Positions 60,682 through 64,000 of a DNA stretch of 64,000 bases are shown one piece after another. How positions within the stretch are numbered: position 1 is the first letter of the stretch; the number at the start of each line of letters is the position of its first letter. This DNA comes from Parcubacteria group bacterium GW2011_GWB1_40_14 (GTDB lineage: Bacteria; Patescibacteriota; Minisyncoccia; Terrybacterales; GWB1-40-14), in NCBI GenBank assembly GCA_000996085.1, contig LBYG01000001.1, positions 651 to 64,650 of the forward strand, in the 5' to 3' direction. A program made the translations under genes and the position numbers. The notes below the pieces were generated by a model, which was not told the DNA's origin, ran no database searches, and saw only the letters and a list, made by a program, of their open reading frames with translations.

Positions 60682-62373
60682 TTATAAATAGTGTTGAGCT
60701 TCCTGATAAGAGCTTATTTCATCCGCGCTTACGATATTAATTGAATTCCATGAAAAACCCAGAGCTTTCAAAACGTTGCCGTCTTGGATCCAACGCTTAA
60801 AACCGCTTTGTATATACCACACCTTTGTATCGTTTGAAGAACGCAGCAATGTACCGCCTGGCCAATTTACATATTGACCGACAGGATAAAAACTCATCTC
60901 CGTATCACTTATTTTTTTAATATTTTTAGTGCTTAATTTAAGCTTAATAAATAAGGTCTGAGAGCTAATCGGTCGCCTTTGTCCGCTTTCAACTTTATAT
61001 ATTGTGTTTGAAACACCTTTTATTATCTTATTCGAAGTTATTAAAGTTCCATCCGGATATACCAAAGGTTGACCTTTAGCATAAAGGTTCAGGGAAGTTA
61101 TATATCTTAATTTCTCTCCTTCAAATTTATAAACTGATCCTTTTTCATCCTTTACCAAAGTTCCGTCAGGATACGGAATCGGTTCACCGAAAGGATACAG
61201 GATCAATTCGCGATCAGAAACTATTTTAATATCTTCCCATTTGAAATTGGCAAATTTAAATATCTCTTCGTTTAAAATATCCCGGCGTTTTTCGGCTTCT
61301 ACTTTATAAATACGGCCGCGGCTAGCTGAACGTATCAAAGTTCCGTCGGCAAATTTTGCCAATGTTTCTGACGGAAAAAGGTGCAGTTGGGTTTCTGAAA
61401 TAGCTACAATTTTATCAGCGCTTGCGGAAACCATTTTGCGCGCAGCGCCGCTTGAAAGAGAAAAAATATCAGAACTGTTAGTTGTTTTATAAAACAAATT
61501 TTTATACGTATTGGCAAAATTCTGAGCTTTTGTTCTCAATAAAGTAAAATCAAAAAAATCCGAATTGCCGGCTTCAATATCGCCGTGGCTCAGAACCGTC
61601 GGACCGGTGAATGTTGTCGAGTATGCTCCGGATGAAATATCACACTTCCCTTCTATGTTTCTAGGATTTTCCCAGATTTCACTTGTGGAAACTGCAGAAG
61701 GTTCAAATCCATTAACAACAGCTAACCAAGCTGAAAGTCTGGCTAAACTATCTTCCATAGCTTGAGGCATGGGTGTTGCTGCGTAATTACCAAGCAACAT
61801 AATTCCTACTGTATTTATATTAAAATTTTGACATTTTCTGGAATGATAAAGATGCGCTCCTCGTGTGCCGTTACCGCCAAAACGTCCTTCATATATCCGC
61901 CCTTGACGATCTATTATGTAGTTATAACCTATGTCTTCCCAGCCATATGTTATTGCGTGAAATCTATAAACAGCTTGAATTAAAGATATAGGATTGGTCG
62001 AATCGCTGTTACAGGCAGGCGAGGATAAACGACAACCCAAATCATGAACAACTATTCTTTCAACTGAAGCATAATCGGGCGGAATATGACTTTCTTCCGG
62101 GAACCAAGTCATCATAGCTCTTAATTCATCAGTATTTTCCCACGTACTACGTGGCAATATAACCGGCACACCTTCCGCGGTAAAATTGTTCCCAGATATA
62201 ACGGTTCCGGGACCCGAAGAAGAGGTTGTATCCAAAACGCTCGGGTCTATGTCCGCAGCCTGAGCTTGAGAATTCAAAAACAAAATCGCCACCGCAAACG
62301 CTGTGGCAAACCCCTTCGACAAGCTCAGGACAAGCCTTTTTTTAATTAAATATCCGATATTATATGAGCTCAT
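60682..62373 (-). CDS. secreted N-acetylmuramoyl-L-alanine amidase (amidase_2/PGRP-like) with YPDGTL repeats
   Basis: signal peptide; RIVVH, WEDIGYNYIID..GRIYEGR, GAH, SHGD. Confidence 0.88.
   Translation of the reverse strand: MSSYNIGYLIKKRLVLSLSKGFATAFAVAILFLNSQAQAADIDPSVLDTTSSSGPGTVISGNNFTAEGVPVILPRSTWENTDELRAMMTWFPEESHIPPDYASVERIVVHDLGCRLSSPACNSDSTNPISLIQAVYRFHAITYGWEDIGYNYIIDRQGRIYEGRFGGNGTRGAHLYHSRKCQNFNINTVGIMLLGNYAATPMPQAMEDSLARLSAWLAVVNGFEPSAVSTSEIWENPRNIEGKCDISSGAYSTTFTGPTVLSHGDIEAGNSDFFDFTLLRTKAQNFANTYKNLFYKTTNSSDIFSLSSGAARKMVSASADKIVAISETQLHLFPSETLAKFADGTLIRSASRGRIYKVEAEKRRDILNEEIFKFANFKWEDIKIVSDRELILYPFGEPIPYPDGTLVKDEKGSVYKFEGEKLRYITSLNLYAKGQPLVYPDGTLITSNKIIKGVSNTIYKVESGQRRPISSQTLFIKLKLSTKNIKKISDTEMSFYPVGQYVNWPGGTLLRSSNDTKVWYIQSGFKRWIQDGNVLKALGFSWNSINIVSADEISSYQEAQHYL
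62311..62334 (+). repeat. 24-nt palindromic unit, in frame in the amidase signal peptide
   Basis: ccccttcgacaagctcaggacaag (reads LVLSLSKG on the minus strand). Confidence 0.8.
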
Positions 62374-62471
62374 ATGAACATTTTACCCAAAAATCATCTT
62401 TTTAGCCAAACAAACGAATACTTATAATATATGACGTAATATAAGGCAAAATATTTCGTGCTAAAACCACT

Positions 62472-62765
62472 TTAATTATTGGGTCGAATAACGTGGATAA
62501 AAACGGAAGAAACTTCTTTGAATGTTTTTTGGACTAAAATATATACTTGAGCGCCTAATTCCCAAGTTCTATTCCAAATATCTTGTGGAACGTACTTAAA
62601 AATAAGGTTTTTGGCGTTATTTAGTTGTTCAACTATCTGTGTTATGAGCGCTGAGGCTAATTCTTTTTCATCTACCTGAACTGTTACTTCGGCGGCATAA
62701 ATACCGCTTCCTGTTAAAAGGATGCCGACAAGCACTAAAATAATAAAATGTTTAGTATGTGGCAT
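62472..62765 (-). CDS. small secreted or membrane hypothetical protein
   Basis: signal-peptide-like N terminus; lies within the operon. Confidence 0.65.
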   Translation of the reverse strand: MPHTKHFIILVLVGILLTGSGIYAAEVTVQVDEKELASALITQIVEQLNNAKNLIFKYVPQDIWNRTWELGAQVYILVQKTFKEVSSVFIHVIRPNN

Positions 62766-62784
62766 AATGTTGTATTTTTTTAAT

Positions 62785-63987
62785 TTATAAATATTCTATC
62801 GGATCAAGATGTCCGCCTATCGGTAAGGGACCATACCATCTTTGTATAACCTCAAATGTATTTGCGGCATAAACTGTAAAATGCAGATGAGGTCCTGTAG
62901 AAAAGCCCGTGGAACCCATATAACCGATAACTGCACCCTTGCTCACATTTTGTCCGTTTGAAACAGCAATCCTTGAAAGATGGGCATATAAAGTAACCAA
63001 GCCGTTTTTATGGTCTACGGCTACCCAGCGACCGTAAGCATATCGGCTATCGTCACCTTTTGAGACAACCTTGCCGTCTCCCGCGGCATAAATTGGAGTG
63101 CCTATTCCGCTTGTAGGCGCGATATCAATTCCGTTATGAAATTCATATCCGTTATTCACAAATCCGGTTTTAGATGTTGATCCGTAATATTGAGTAATCC
63201 TTACTTCATCGACAGGCCATGCCAATACTCCCTTTCCTTTGGGTAAAGTATCAGGATTGATTGCATAACGTAATTTCGCTTCCAAACCGACTATTTCTTT
63301 TTGAGCGTCAACCTGCTGTGTTTCAAGTTGTTTAAGAGATTTCTGATAAACCGTTTCCTGTTGCTTTGTATTTTTCAATACCTGACTTTTTTCCGTGCGT
63401 TGTTCTTCCGCCAAATCTTGCTGCAAGCTTAATTTTGTACGCAACGTAATTAAATTTTCTTCTTCTTGGGTTGCGTCTTCTTTTTCTTTTTCTAAGTTCA
63501 CAGTCAATTCTTTTGCAACACTAAGTCTGGTTTTCAACTCGCCCTCAAGTCTTTGCGCTCCGTAAAAATCATTAAAAATTGTACTTAAGCTGTCAGCACC
63601 CAAAGAAAGTTCAATAATATCCGGAGTCCCAGTCTCATAAAGCATTCTCAGAGCTGAAGCAATTCGAGCTTTTTCAAGATTTATAGCGTCTTCTGTTTGC
63701 TTGATCCGCGCTTCCAACTCTGTTATTTTAAGCCGCGTTTCTTCAATTTGCCCTTCGGTTATTGCCATTTCTAACTCAAAAGCTTCAATTTGTTTGTTAA
63801 ATCTATATATCTGATTTTGTAGAGAGCGTGCTTGTCCCTGTGCCTCAACAAGATTCTGCTTTGCTTCAGCCATCTTTTGTTGTAATTGTTTTACCTCTTC
63901 ATTTTTTGTAGAAATTTGCTTACGCAAGTCATCAATCATGCTGCCTTTGGCGACCATTGGTGAAATAAACAAAAAGCCCATAAACAA
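62785..63987 (-). CDS. M23 peptidase with a long coiled coil (EnvC-like); start probably beyond the window edge
   Basis: HNGIDIA, YAHLS, STGPHLHF; coiled coil. Confidence 0.92.
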   Translation of the reverse strand: MFMGFLFISPMVAKGSMIDDLRKQISTKNEEVKQLQQKMAEAKQNLVEAQGQARSLQNQIYRFNKQIEAFELEMAITEGQIEETRLKITELEARIKQTEDAINLEKARIASALRMLYETGTPDIIELSLGADSLSTIFNDFYGAQRLEGELKTRLSVAKELTVNLEKEKEDATQEEENLITLRTKLSLQQDLAEEQRTEKSQVLKNTKQQETVYQKSLKQLETQQVDAQKEIVGLEAKLRYAINPDTLPKGKGVLAWPVDEVRITQYYGSTSKTGFVNNGYEFHNGIDIAPTSGIGTPIYAAGDGKVVSKGDDSRYAYGRWVAVDHKNGLVTLYAHLSRIAVSNGQNVSKGAVIGYMGSTGFSTGPHLHFTVYAANTFEVIQRWYGPLPIGGHLDPIEYL

Positions 63988-64000
63988 AAGGGCTAAAATG

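Overview
AT-rich bacterial chromosomal fragment that looks like a Candidate Phyla Radiation (Patescibacteria) genome, probably Parcubacteria. This is inferred from gene content: Gmad2, PsbP-like and CAP surface proteins, a sortase, short UvrC and ObgE, and the presence of L9. Housekeeping genes include obgE, uvrC/uvrA, rmuC, a complete F1Fo ATP synthase operon, trxA, nth, fmt-def-priA, tagA-murC, rpmA, rplI and ctpA. The window also carries three ABC systems, a Ni-superoxide dismutase pair (sodN-sodX) and a cell-envelope glycosyltransferase/LCP/amidase/M23 cluster. I saw no rRNA, tRNA, CRISPR array, integrase or transposase. The most striking signal is a population of small palindromic elements. 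(1) A 24-nt TCG..CTC hairpin unit is inserted in frame in atpD (two copies, nested), atpG, atpC and an amidase signal peptide. (2) A 74-nt element with 8 compensatory base-pair changes forms the apparent 5' leader, ending at the ATG, of two unrelated genes. (3) Five CC...GG hairpin elements with 4-bp direct repeats sit exactly on a -10 motif, a -35 motif, a stop codon and a start codon, and regenerate those signals. Many genes look leaderless (TAnnnT-N6-ATG), while several Shine-Dalgarno-led genes carry boxA-like motifs. Three surface-protein genes are frameshifted, which may be real or an assembly error.
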